The notes under the pieces were generated by a model. The model did not search any database, was not told the DNA's origin, and worked only from the letters and a program-made list of their open reading frames with translations. DNA of 64,000 nt from Candidatus Binatia bacterium. GTDB lineage: Bacteria > Desulfobacterota > Binatia > Bin18. The position numbers were made by a program, and so were the translations under genes. This document shows, piece after piece, positions 55,557 to 64,000 of the stretch. Location: the NCBI GenBank assembly GCA_963664395.2, contig OY761159.2, forward strand, positions 4,224,001 to 4,288,000, in the 5' to 3' direction. Every line of letters begins with the position of its first letter. Position 1 is the stretch's first letter.

Positions 55557-56425
55557 GGGCCTGTCATCAGTTAGTAAGAACCCTTGGGGTTTTCCTCCCC
55601 TGATGAGCTATACTTCTCGCGGTAGCCATAGCGAGGAGGGTTCTCAGCATGACGAAGCGGTATGCCCTACGGGATGACCAGTGGGAGCGGATTCGGGATC
55701 TCTTGCCAGGGCGAGAGGGCCATGTGGGGGGCACGGCGAAGGATAACCGCCGGTTTGTGGAAGCGGTACTGTACCGCTATCGTGCCGGCATTCCCTGGCG
55801 TGACCTCCCCCTGCGGTTTGGGGATTTCCGCGTGGTTCATACTCGGCATATGCGCTGGAGTACGAGCGGGGTGTGGGAGAAGGTGTTCAGGCACCTCGCG
55901 GCCGACGCCGACAACGAATACGCCATGATCGCTGCCACGATTATCCGGGCCCATCAACACGCTGCCGGGGCAAAAGGGGGGACCAAGAGACAGAATGCCT
56001 TGGCCGCTCCCGAGGGGGCTTGAGTACCAAACTCCATGCGACCTGTGATGCCCTGGGCAATCCGACCAGCTTCCATCTCACGCCGGGCCAAGCCTCGGAC
56101 CTCGCTGGCGCGGATGCGCTGCTCCCCGATTTGGTGAAGCACATCCAGGCCTTGCTCGCGGATACCGCGTATGATGCCCAGGAGCGAGTCCTTGACGTGT
56201 TGGAGAAGGCGGAGGTGACGATTGTTATTCCCCCCAAAACGAATCGACGCCAGCCACGCCCCTATGATACGCACCTCTATCAGGCACGCCATCTGATTGA
56301 AAACTTCTTCGCTAAACTGAAACAATATCGTGCGCTTGCCACCCGCTATGACAAACGCGCTGTCAGCTTTCTGGGAGCTATCTATCTAGCCGCCTCGGTG
56401 ATCCTCCTTAACTGATGACACCCCC
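55557..56425 (+). mobile_element. IS5 family insertion sequence (IS427-like group), 869 bp
   Basis: 17-bp IRs GGGCCTGTCATCAGTTA / GGGGGTGTCATCAGTTA (reverse complement); TA duplication at 55555-55556 and 56426-56427 (CTAG target). Confidence 0.92.
55649..56415 (+). CDS. IS5 transposase in two frames (55649..56023, then the -1 frame to 56415) joined near A4G6 at 55972-55981; probably inactive
   Basis: W...L..., DNRRFVEAVLY, G.PWRDLP; GRSRGGLSTKLHA, LADTAYD, YQARHLIENFF.KLKQYR.LATRYDK; first Asp replaced (MIAAT). Confidence 0.85.
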
Positions 56426-57363
56426 TAGGCTTTTCTTTTCTTTGTGAGATTCTTTTTCGACCTCTGGCCCTTGGCCAGATTGACCTCGGCCACTTCATTC
56501 GGACCCGCAGTCCACGTCCGGTGATGTTGCCAGACGAGGGGATCATGGCCGGGAATGAGACGTTCGAGTTCGCAACTCAACGTCTTGCGGATGCGCTCAT
56601 AGGTAAAGAGCTGGTTAAACGGATTGCCTTGATTATAGCCGGGCGGCCACATCTTCTCGATATTCGAATACCAATACACCGCATCGCCGGCAATGGCAAA
56701 AAGACCGTTGCGGGTTTGGACTTCAAACCATTGCGTCCCAAAGGTATGGGAATCCTTTGCCAAGTGCGCAGTAATGCCCGGCAAGACTTCGACATCACCT
56801 TCAATCAACGTGACTTTGTCCTGGCTCATCGCCATCGCCACATTATGAACGTCCTGCGGGTCCAGTGAGGAGAGAATCCAGCTTCTCTCACCCCCGCCAA
56901 AATCTTTTGGCAAGGACAGGACTCGGAGCCATCCCATATATTCGTCCAGTTGAATATACAGATGCGCGTTTGGAAAGGCCGAGAAATTGCCAATATGATC
57001 GAAATGCAAATGGGTGACGAGGATAGCGTCCACATCGGCCGGGGTGAGTCCGATCTTTGCCAGTACGGTCGGGGCGTCCTCCCACCCAAAGAAGTTATAG
57101 CGCAACAGCCAGTCTTGATTACCGAACCCAACATCAACAAGCACCACGTGCTTTTTCTCACCTTCAGCGCCCCCGACGAGGACGGTGTAGAGCATGGGAA
57201 TCTGGATCGTACCCCGGTTACTCATTAACCCTGAGCCACCAAAAAAGTCATACGGCATGTCCGCCTGGCAATAGGCTAAGGTCCAGATGGAATAATCACT
57301 GGGCGGCTTTTCTCCAACGAGGCGCGGAGATTGAAGACCCCGCCTTTTTTTGACTGCTGGCAT
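56425..57363 (-). CDS. N-acyl-homoserine lactonase-like metallo-beta-lactamase-fold hydrolase
   Basis: LVDVG, THLHFDH, HTFG, AGDAVY, IPGHDP. Confidence 0.8.
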   Translation of the reverse strand: MPAVKKRRGLQSPRLVGEKPPSDYSIWTLAYCQADMPYDFFGGSGLMSNRGTIQIPMLYTVLVGGAEGEKKHVVLVDVGFGNQDWLLRYNFFGWEDAPTVLAKIGLTPADVDAILVTHLHFDHIGNFSAFPNAHLYIQLDEYMGWLRVLSLPKDFGGGERSWILSSLDPQDVHNVAMAMSQDKVTLIEGDVEVLPGITAHLAKDSHTFGTQWFEVQTRNGLFAIAGDAVYWYSNIEKMWPPGYNQGNPFNQLFTYERIRKTLSCELERLIPGHDPLVWQHHRTWTAGPNEVAEVNLAKGQRSKKNLTKKRKA

Positions 57364-57664
57364 GGAGGCTTCCTTTCCGTGAAGCTGCTCAATACTCATC
57401 ATGAAGTGCCCCCGCGTACAACCTGCTGTCAAGACTTCTTGCGTCCTGCCGAGCGAGCGTTGGAGGGGCATATGTGCAGTGCCAACTTTTCTGGGGGCTC
57501 GTCTTGTCGCTTGCCGGATATTTCGATAGTGTAATCAAAACTTTACGGCTTCGCGCACGAAGACCGGTGGTGGGTGGAACGTTCCTGAGGTACAAAATGA
57601 GGGCAGGGCCGGTCCGTCGGCTCACCGTACGGATGCAAGGAAGTCAGACCAGAAAGGAGTCAGT

Positions 57665-58786
57665 ATGCGCATTGGTATTCAGATGGTGCTTCAAAATCAT
57701 AAGGAGCACGATGATCGGGTGATGTACAAAAATGAAACCCGCCTCGCGATCGAATCCGAGGAGATGGGTTTCGATATTGTCTGGCCGGTAGAGCACCACT
57801 TTTTTGACTACTCGATTTGCCCGGATAATATGCAGTATCTGAGCTATATCGCCGCCAGGACGGAAAAGCTGCAATTGGCCACCGGTGCTATCATCGTACC
57901 GTGGAACAATCCCATGCGGGCGGTTGAAAAGATGGTCCTGCTTGACCACCTGTCGGATGGCCGTGCGGTCCTTGGGCTCGGACGTGGCCTCGCCCGGCGT
58001 GAGTATGCGGGTTTTGGTGTGGACATGAGCGAAGCGCGCGACCGTTTTAACGAGGCCGCAGAAATTATTGTGAAGGGCTTGGAAGACGGTTTTGTTGAAG
58101 CCGACACCAAGTACTACAAACAGAATCGCATTGAGGTGCGGCCCCGTCCGATCAAGAGCTTCAAAAACCGACGCTACATGGTGTGCATGTCGCCCGAGTC
58201 TTTTGAAGTTGCGGCCAGGCTTGGCCTGGGTGCAATGATGTTCTCTCAGACGACGTGGGATAAAGTTGCTGACGGCGTCCACAACTACCGTGACCTGTAT
58301 CGTCAGCACAATAATGGCGAAGAGGCGCCTCCGGTGAACTGCGCCGACTTTGTCGTCTGCTCGCCCGATGCCAAGAAGGCGGAAGAGATCGCGCGAGAAA
58401 AAATCGTGGGCTACTACTTCAGTGTGATGGATCACTACGAGATGCTGGGCGACCACTTTGCGCAGACGGGCAAATCCTACGCCCACTATGCCGAAGCGGC
58501 CAAGATGATGAAGGAAGCCGGCAACGAGGCCATTCTGGAAGATTTTCTGGCTGCCAATCTGTGGGGCACGCCGGACATGATCATCGAGAAGCTGGAAGCG
58601 CGACGTGGCCAGATCGGTGACTTTGAGGTCAACGGCTGCTTCAGCTTCCAGAGTCAGCCCTTTGATCAGGTCGAAGGCTGCATGCGTCTGTTTGCCAAAG
58701 AAGTCGGCCCGATGATGCACGCCTGGACCCCGCAAGTCCAAGCGCCGGTCGATGTCGCCGCTGCCGAAGCGCGGGTTGGGAAGTAA
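57665..58786 (+). CDS. LLM class flavin-dependent oxidoreductase
   Basis: GFDIVWPVEHHF, IAART..LQL.TG.I..PWNNP.R, LDHLSDGR..LGLGRG, LWGTPD; AGGAG RBS. Confidence 0.92.
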   Translation: MRIGIQMVLQNHKEHDDRVMYKNETRLAIESEEMGFDIVWPVEHHFFDYSICPDNMQYLSYIAARTEKLQLATGAIIVPWNNPMRAVEKMVLLDHLSDGRAVLGLGRGLARREYAGFGVDMSEARDRFNEAAEIIVKGLEDGFVEADTKYYKQNRIEVRPRPIKSFKNRRYMVCMSPESFEVAARLGLGAMMFSQTTWDKVADGVHNYRDLYRQHNNGEEAPPVNCADFVVCSPDAKKAEEIAREKIVGYYFSVMDHYEMLGDHFAQTGKSYAHYAEAAKMMKEAGNEAILEDFLAANLWGTPDMIIEKLEARRGQIGDFEVNGCFSFQSQPFDQVEGCMRLFAKEVGPMMHAWTPQVQAPVDVAAAEARVGK

Positions 58787-58820
58787 ATCCCGCCTGTTTA
58801 AGAAACCCTGTCGGACATGA

Positions 58821-58853
58821 GACGGACGGAGCGTTGCTTCGTCCGTTTTCTTT
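58821..58853 (+). terminator. Intrinsic terminator after the LLM gene
   Basis: gacggacggagc-gtt-gcttcgtccgtt then ttcttt. Confidence 0.65.
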
Positions 58854-58860
58854 AAGAAGG

Positions 58861-59406
58861 CTACAACCCACCTGCGCTCAGCAACCGGCCTCTCGGTATT
58901 ATCAGGCACAGCAGCCCATGGACGCCGAGCCACAGCCGATCAAGAGTGCTACCCGGCAGCCACCGGACATCGCCGTAGTAGACGATGTCCCACCACAGAT
59001 GACTTGCCAAGCCTATTCCATACCCGGCCACCAGGATGTGCAGAAACCGTGGCTGCCGTCTGACCAGCAGGACCAGGACAAAGAAAGACACGCTGCTGTG
59101 GAAGAGGGGGTTACGATGGCCGCCAATACCCAGCAGCCTGATATCCAGGTCGGGGAAGACTGTGCCCAGGTAGCACGGAACGAGGGCCACGAAAAAAACG
59201 CCGACAGCCTGACCGGCATTGGCGCGGCTGCCGGCTCCCATGGCTATGTAGCCCATGAGCAACAGGATGCCGACCAGACTGTGTTCGGCCCGGTCAACGC
59301 TCTCTTGCCCGAAGAAGCCGAGGACACCCCAATTGAGTACGAGTGCCAAGCCGAAGGCCCCGGCAAGCGTGACAGGTACGGTGACGACCTGCTTCCCTTG
59401 GAACAT
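58861..59406 (-). CDS. YdjM-like inner-membrane metal-dependent hydrolase
   Basis: Several TM helices; PDLD, GHRNPLFHS, G.ASHLWWD motifs. Confidence 0.7.
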   Translation of the reverse strand: MFQGKQVVTVPVTLAGAFGLALVLNWGVLGFFGQESVDRAEHSLVGILLLMGYIAMGAGSRANAGQAVGVFFVALVPCYLGTVFPDLDIRLLGIGGHRNPLFHSSVSFFVLVLLVRRQPRFLHILVAGYGIGLASHLWWDIVYYGDVRWLPGSTLDRLWLGVHGLLCLIIPRGRLLSAGGL

Positions 59407-59442
59407 CTCCACTCCGTCTACGGGGTGGCTGCCCAACCCTGA

Positions 59443-60071
59443 TTATCCATTTTTACGTCGTATCCGATACCGCGGAGGTTCGGCCAAAAGGAGACTATGG
59501 CCGGTGAGTTTGCACCAGGCTGGAATATCTGCTGGCGCGCCGGAGTCTTGAGCAATGAGGAGCAGGACTTGGCCCGGCTGCATGGACTTGAGACGCAGGC
59601 GGAGTTTCAAAACCAACTCGCCGCAGGCCATGTCTCCGGCGTCCCAGGTGTCGTTTGGGTCGTTTGGGTCGGCTGGGGTGCCTGCGGCTGGAACTGCCAT
59701 TTCCGTATGAAGCTGTGGAGTCGCCGCAGGCCAGATGCAGCCGGGCTGTTCAATGTTCTGGTTTTCTTGCCGGCTCGCCCACTGCCAACCGCTACGGTAG
59801 CAGGTCTGACGGCGGATGTAATTGTAAGCGTCTGTCAGGAATTCCGCTTGTGAGCGTCCTAATCCGTTGGCAAGACACGCGGCACAGTGCGGCGTTGTTT
59901 TGAATCCGGTTGCAACGCTGAGGACATATTCGTGGAAGCAGACAGACTGCGAGCAGCGGAAGCAGCGTGGGTTGTTGAGCTGTTCGAGTTCCGTGAGGAT
60001 TTCGGCGGTGCGCTGCTCTTCTGCGTCCAGGGCTTCGTCTATGGCAGGGAAGGGGGGGGGGTGGTTTTCAT
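59443..60071 (-). CDS. Cys-rich putative metal-binding domain fused to a TusA/SirA-like sulfur carrier; ATG out of frame via a C10 tract
   Basis: CFRC...CFHE...HCAAC...C; C-terminal WDAGDMACGELVLKL...QDSGAPADIPAWCKLTGH; ATG at 60071 followed by C10. Confidence 0.7.
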
Positions 60072-60145
60072 TCTGCTCAGCCGGCTTTCTTAAACTCTGC
60101 GTCTCAAAGATCAGAAAAACTCGTAAAGAATTTTCAACTCCTGCG

Positions 60146-60170
60146 CATACTGACCATTTTTGACAGTATG
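60146..60170. promoter_or_regulatory. Palindromic operator candidate CATACTG-N11-CAGTATG
   Basis: Perfect 7-bp inverted repeat in the divergent intergenic region. Confidence 0.5.
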
Positions 60171-60198
60171 GTGCAAGTTGGTGGTAGCAGCAACGATC

Positions 60199-60227
60199 TT
60201 GACCCTTACAGCCTGAGGGCTTATCGT
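60199..60227 (+). promoter_or_regulatory. sigma70 promoter for the CoA-transferase cluster
   Basis: TTGACC-17 nt-TATCGT. Confidence 0.6.
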
Positions 60228-60265
60228 GCCCGCGAGACGGTACGCTCGTTAAAAATCGAAACTGC

Positions 60266-61483
60266 ATGGAAACACCTGAGAGCAAACCCGGTGGGCCGCT
60301 GGTCGGTATTCGGGTCATTGAATGTGGTGTTCTTTTGGCCGGGCCGTTCTGCGCCCGTCTTTTGGCCGATTTTGGTGCGGAAGTCATTAAGGTCGAAGCG
60401 CCGCACAAAGGTGATCCCATGCGGACGGTCGGCCAATCTTTGGTGGACGGCAAGAGTCTGTGGTGGTCAAGTATCGCGCGTAATAAGAAGTGTATTTCTC
60501 TCAACCTGCGTGACCCGGCAGGGCAGGACATTCTCCGTCGGCTGGTCTCTCAATCCGATGTCCTTGTGGAAAATTTTCGACCGGGGGTGTTTGAAGAATG
60601 GGGCCTCGGCTATGAGACGCTACGGGAGTTGAATCCGGGCCTCGTCTTTGCCCGTGTATCCGGCTATGGACAAACCGGCCCGTACCGAGAGAAACCCGGC
60701 TTTGCCGCGGTGGCCGAGGCCTTTGGAGGGCTGCGCCATCTGGTCGGCTTTCCGGATCGACCATCCTGTCGGGTTGGTATCAGCCTTGGTGACTCTCTTG
60801 CCGGTATGTTTGCTGCGCTCGGGGCGTTAATGGCGCTTTACAATCGCGATGTCAATGGCGGAACCGGCCAGGTGATAGACATGGCTCTGTATGAAGCCGT
60901 ATTTGCCGTGCTCGAGGCGACCCTTACAGAGTACGAAAAAACCGGCTATGTGCGGACGCGGACCGGAACCCTGCTGCCTGGGTTTGCCCCGTCGAATCTC
61001 TACCCGTGTAAAAATGAGCAGTGGATTGTGATTGCTGCCAACACCGATGGGTTGTTCACGCGGCTGTGTAAGCTCATGGGTCGAGAAGAGTTGCTGACCG
61101 ACCCCCGTTTTGAGAATCAGATGGTACGGGCCGAAAACCGCGAGGCCATAGATGCTATTGTCTCGGCCTGGACGGCGACGTATGAACTGTCAGAATTGCT
61201 TCCTCTGGTTGAGGGAGCAACGATTCCTGCCGGTCCGGTCTATAGTATAGAAGACATTGTGAAAGACCCTCATTTTGAAGCACGCGACATGTTGTTGTCT
61301 CTCCATGATCGAGCGCTGGGCGAACTCAAAGTGCCCGGAATCGTCCCCAAACTCAGTGAGACACCTGGCCAGGCACGCTGGCTGGGACCGGAAATCGGGG
61401 AACATAATCAAGAAATCTATTCCGGCTTGTTGCATTTTAGTCCAGACGAGATGGCTGCCTTAACAGAACGCGGCGTCATCTAA
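60266..61483 (+). CDS. Family III (CaiB/BaiF) CoA-transferase
   Basis: GPL.GIRV, AGPFCARLLADFGAEVIKVE, RNKK, ENFRPG, SGYGQTGP, LGDSLAG. Confidence 0.93.
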   Translation: METPESKPGGPLVGIRVIECGVLLAGPFCARLLADFGAEVIKVEAPHKGDPMRTVGQSLVDGKSLWWSSIARNKKCISLNLRDPAGQDILRRLVSQSDVLVENFRPGVFEEWGLGYETLRELNPGLVFARVSGYGQTGPYREKPGFAAVAEAFGGLRHLVGFPDRPSCRVGISLGDSLAGMFAALGALMALYNRDVNGGTGQVIDMALYEAVFAVLEATLTEYEKTGYVRTRTGTLLPGFAPSNLYPCKNEQWIVIAANTDGLFTRLCKLMGREELLTDPRFENQMVRAENREAIDAIVSAWTATYELSELLPLVEGATIPAGPVYSIEDIVKDPHFEARDMLLSLHDRALGELKVPGIVPKLSETPGQARWLGPEIGEHNQEIYSGLLHFSPDEMAALTERGVI

Positions 61484-61513
61484 AAAGCCAAAGAAGCATA
61501 AGGGAGGAACATC

Positions 61514-62719
61514 ATGGCTGAACAACTCCTGTCAGGGATTACCGTCGTTGAGTGCGGCAATATGGTTTCTGCCGCCTATACCGGCAAGCTGCTCGCCGAC
61601 TTTGGCGCGGATGTGGTCAAAGTCGAAGCGCCGAGCGGTGACGTATCCCGACAACATGGCCCCTTTCCGGGAGATACGCCGCATGCCGAAAAGAGCGGTC
61701 TGTTTCTGTATTTGAATGCCAACAAACAAGGAGTGACGCTGAATCTGCGCGCATCCAAAGGGCAGGCTGTCTTGCAGAGTTTATGCGCCCAAGCCGATAT
61801 CCTGCTGCATAATTACAGCCCGCGCGATATGCCCGAGGTCGGCCTGGATTACCAGAAGCTGAGTCAAATCAATCCGGGTCTGATCATGACTTCGATCTCA
61901 TACTTTGGGCAGACCGGACCGCACCGGGACTATCACGGCTATGATCTGACGGCGAGTAATGCCGGGGGATGGGCGTGTATCAGTCCGGGCGCGTCCGATT
62001 ACCCTGACTTTCCGCCACTCACAGCTTTTGGCCATCAGAGCGACTTCCAAGGTGGGGTGCACGCCGGCGTGGCAACGCTGGGCGCGTATTACCATAAATG
62101 TCTGACGGGCGAAGGCCAGCATCTTGATGTCTCCATCCAGGAATGTATTGCCGCCATCCTGGAAATGAATTTCATGCACTACACCTATAGCGGCCTGGAA
62201 ACCTCGCGGTTGGGGCGGCGGTCCATCTACCCCTGGTGCATGCTCGACTGCAAAGACGGCAAACTCTTTGTGATTTGTGTCGAAGAAGACCAGTGGCAGC
62301 GCTTTGCCGAGCTGATGGGCAATCCTGACTGGGCGACCCTGGAGATTTTTGAGGATCGTGTCGTCCGCGGCCAGAATTATGATGCCCTGATACCGTTTCT
62401 CCAAGAGTTCGCCGCGGAGTGGACCGTTGCCGACCTGTATAAAGCCGGTCAGGAACGACGTATCTGCATGGCCCCAGTGAATACCATGGCCGACCTGTTG
62501 GCCTCAGAACACCTGAAATCCCGTGAATTCTTTACTGAAATCAGCCATCAGGTTGCCGGAACGCTACACTACCCGGGCGCACCTTTTAAGGTGGATGAAG
62601 TTGGTTACGCCGTGCGGTGTGCGGCACCACGACTCGGCGAGCATAGTAATGAAGTCTACGCCCGGATTGGGCTCTCCCAAGCCGAGATCGACGAGCTGAA
62701 GCACGGCGGGGTTATGTAG
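61514..62719 (+). CDS. Family III CoA-transferase (BbsE-like subunit)
   Basis: LLADFGADVVKVE, SGLFLYLNANKQGVTL, FGQTGP, APRLGEH. Confidence 0.9.
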   Translation: MAEQLLSGITVVECGNMVSAAYTGKLLADFGADVVKVEAPSGDVSRQHGPFPGDTPHAEKSGLFLYLNANKQGVTLNLRASKGQAVLQSLCAQADILLHNYSPRDMPEVGLDYQKLSQINPGLIMTSISYFGQTGPHRDYHGYDLTASNAGGWACISPGASDYPDFPPLTAFGHQSDFQGGVHAGVATLGAYYHKCLTGEGQHLDVSIQECIAAILEMNFMHYTYSGLETSRLGRRSIYPWCMLDCKDGKLFVICVEEDQWQRFAELMGNPDWATLEIFEDRVVRGQNYDALIPFLQEFAAEWTVADLYKAGQERRICMAPVNTMADLLASEHLKSREFFTEISHQVAGTLHYPGAPFKVDEVGYAVRCAAPRLGEHSNEVYARIGLSQAEIDELKHGGVM

Positions 62720-62773
62720 TGTATCCGGCCGTCCTGAGCTTCCTGACTGTGGAACAAGACAAAGGAGAACGTC

Positions 62774-63991
62774 ATGGCACGACGACCATTAGAAGGCATT
62801 CGCGTAACCGATTTCACCTGGGCCTGGGCTGGTCCGTATTGTACGCTCCAAATGGCGCATATGGGCGCAGAGGTGATTCGGATTGAGAGTGAAAAACGCC
62901 CGTGTATCACTCGAATGATTCCGCCATTTGCGGACAACGAGCCAGGGCCGAACCGGGCTGGCTATTTTAACCAATACAGTCAAGGCAAGAAAAGTCTCCA
63001 ACTTGATCTGGCTCGGCCCGAGGCGTCCGAAATTGTTAAAAAGCTCATTTCCAAGAGTGATATTGTCGTGCAGAACTTCTCAACCGGCGCCATTGACCGC
63101 ATGGGCTTTGGATATGAAACGCTCAAAGAACTCAAACCCGACATTATTATGATTTCCATTTGTGGTTACGGACAAACCGGTCCCGAACGCAACTATATGG
63201 GCTATGGTCCGGCTTCCGTTCCGCTGGCGGGGATTTCATCTTTGACCGGCTATCCCGGAGTCGGGCCGGCGGAGATCGGTATTTCATACGGCGATCCGAA
63301 CGCGGGTATCTTTGGCTCGTTTGCCGCCATGGCCGCGCTGGCCTATCGCCACCGCACCGGCAAGGGTATTCACGTTGACCTGGCACTCTGGGAGGCCCTG
63401 CTCGTCCTGATGCCCGAAGGCATTATGGATTATGTGATGAATCGGACCCAGCCGGAACGCGCCGGTAATCGGGACCGCTGGATAGCGCCCCATGGCTGTT
63501 TTAAGTGTAAAGGCGATGCAGAGAAGTGGGTGACCATTGTGTGCGGCAGCGACGCGGAATGGCAGGCTTTATGTCAGGCCATGGGCCAACCGGAATTAGC
63601 CACGGACAAACGTTTTGCCGATGCGGCTGCTCGGAAAGCGAACGAGGATGCGCTCGAAGAAGTTATCACGGCCTGGACGAGCGAACGCGACCGCTGGGAG
63701 GTGACGGAGGTGCTGCAGAAAGTTGGTGTGGCTGCCTACCCGTCTCAGAGCAATAAAGACCTGGCAACTAATCCGCATCTCGAAGAACGTGGCTATCTCG
63801 TGCAAAAGGAACATCCCGAATTCGGCAAACGGATTCATGCCGGTATCCCGTGGCAGATGAGCGGCTCGCCGTGTGACGTACAGGCCGCGGCTCCGCAGCG
63901 TGGGCAACACACAGACTATGTGTTGCGGGACCTGCTCGGTTATTCCGGCGACGAGGTGCAAAGACTGCGGGACGGGCAGGTGCTGAGCTAG
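62774..63991 (+). CDS. Family III CoA-transferase (BbsF-like subunit)
   Basis: PLEGIRVTDFTWAWAGP, GAEVIRIES, GYGQTGP, SYGDPNAG. Confidence 0.92.
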   Translation: MARRPLEGIRVTDFTWAWAGPYCTLQMAHMGAEVIRIESEKRPCITRMIPPFADNEPGPNRAGYFNQYSQGKKSLQLDLARPEASEIVKKLISKSDIVVQNFSTGAIDRMGFGYETLKELKPDIIMISICGYGQTGPERNYMGYGPASVPLAGISSLTGYPGVGPAEIGISYGDPNAGIFGSFAAMAALAYRHRTGKGIHVDLALWEALLVLMPEGIMDYVMNRTQPERAGNRDRWIAPHGCFKCKGDAEKWVTIVCGSDAEWQALCQAMGQPELATDKRFADAAARKANEDALEEVITAWTSERDRWEVTEVLQKVGVAAYPSQSNKDLATNPHLEERGYLVQKEHPEFGKRIHAGIPWQMSGSPCDVQAAAPQRGQHTDYVLRDLLGYSGDEVQRLRDGQVLS

Positions 63992-64000
63992 CTCCGTGGC

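Noticed and set aside
57468-57484. Possible sigma54 promoter TGGCAC...TGC on the minus strand
   Set aside because: GG-to-GC spacing is 2 nt longer than the strict -24/-12 requirement
57644-58933. 429-aa antisense ORF over the LLM gene
   Set aside because: Shadow of a strongly codon-biased sense gene; no recognisable motifs
58834-59442. 202-aa plus-strand ORF opposite the YdjM-like gene
   Set aside because: The minus-strand ORF carries the family motifs and an RBS; this one starts inside a terminator
60072-60531. N-terminal extension of the listed 362-aa ORF 59443..60531
   Set aside because: Overlaps the divergent CoA-transferase and its promoter; not protein-like

Overview
Bacterial chromosomal window, mostly housekeeping. 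Gene order (gap-tpiA-secG-tRNA-Leu, tol-pal-ribF-rluD-rho, rpsB-tsf-pyrH-frr-uppS-cdsA-rseP-tsaB, mdh-sucCD-ndk-rlmN-mtnP-pfkB, lepA-lepB-gspE) resembles deltaproteobacterial-type lineages. The LLM oxidoreductase, tandem family III CoA-transferases and glutathione genes would fit Candidatus Binatia, but that is inference only. It holds about 60 CDS, tRNA-Phe(GAA), tRNA-Leu(GAG) and one complete IS5-family element whose first catalytic Asp appears mutated. I saw no CRISPR array, rRNA or prophage. Best leads: (i) a Cys-rich domain-TusA fusion whose only plausible ATG is out of frame through a C10 tract, followed by a YdjM-like membrane hydrolase; (ii) a phage-replication-initiator-like winged-helix gene followed by a secreted HEAT-repeat protein and DegP; (iii) a UDP-glucuronate decarboxylase that needs an ATC start or TAG read-through; (iv) structured intergenic RNAs before mdh and prmA; (v) dxr and pgk absent from their usual operons; (vi) a class III ADH lacking two structural-zinc cysteines; (vii) a frameshifted lipoprotein islet behind tRNA-Phe. 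All family calls come from motif recognition by eye; no searches were run.
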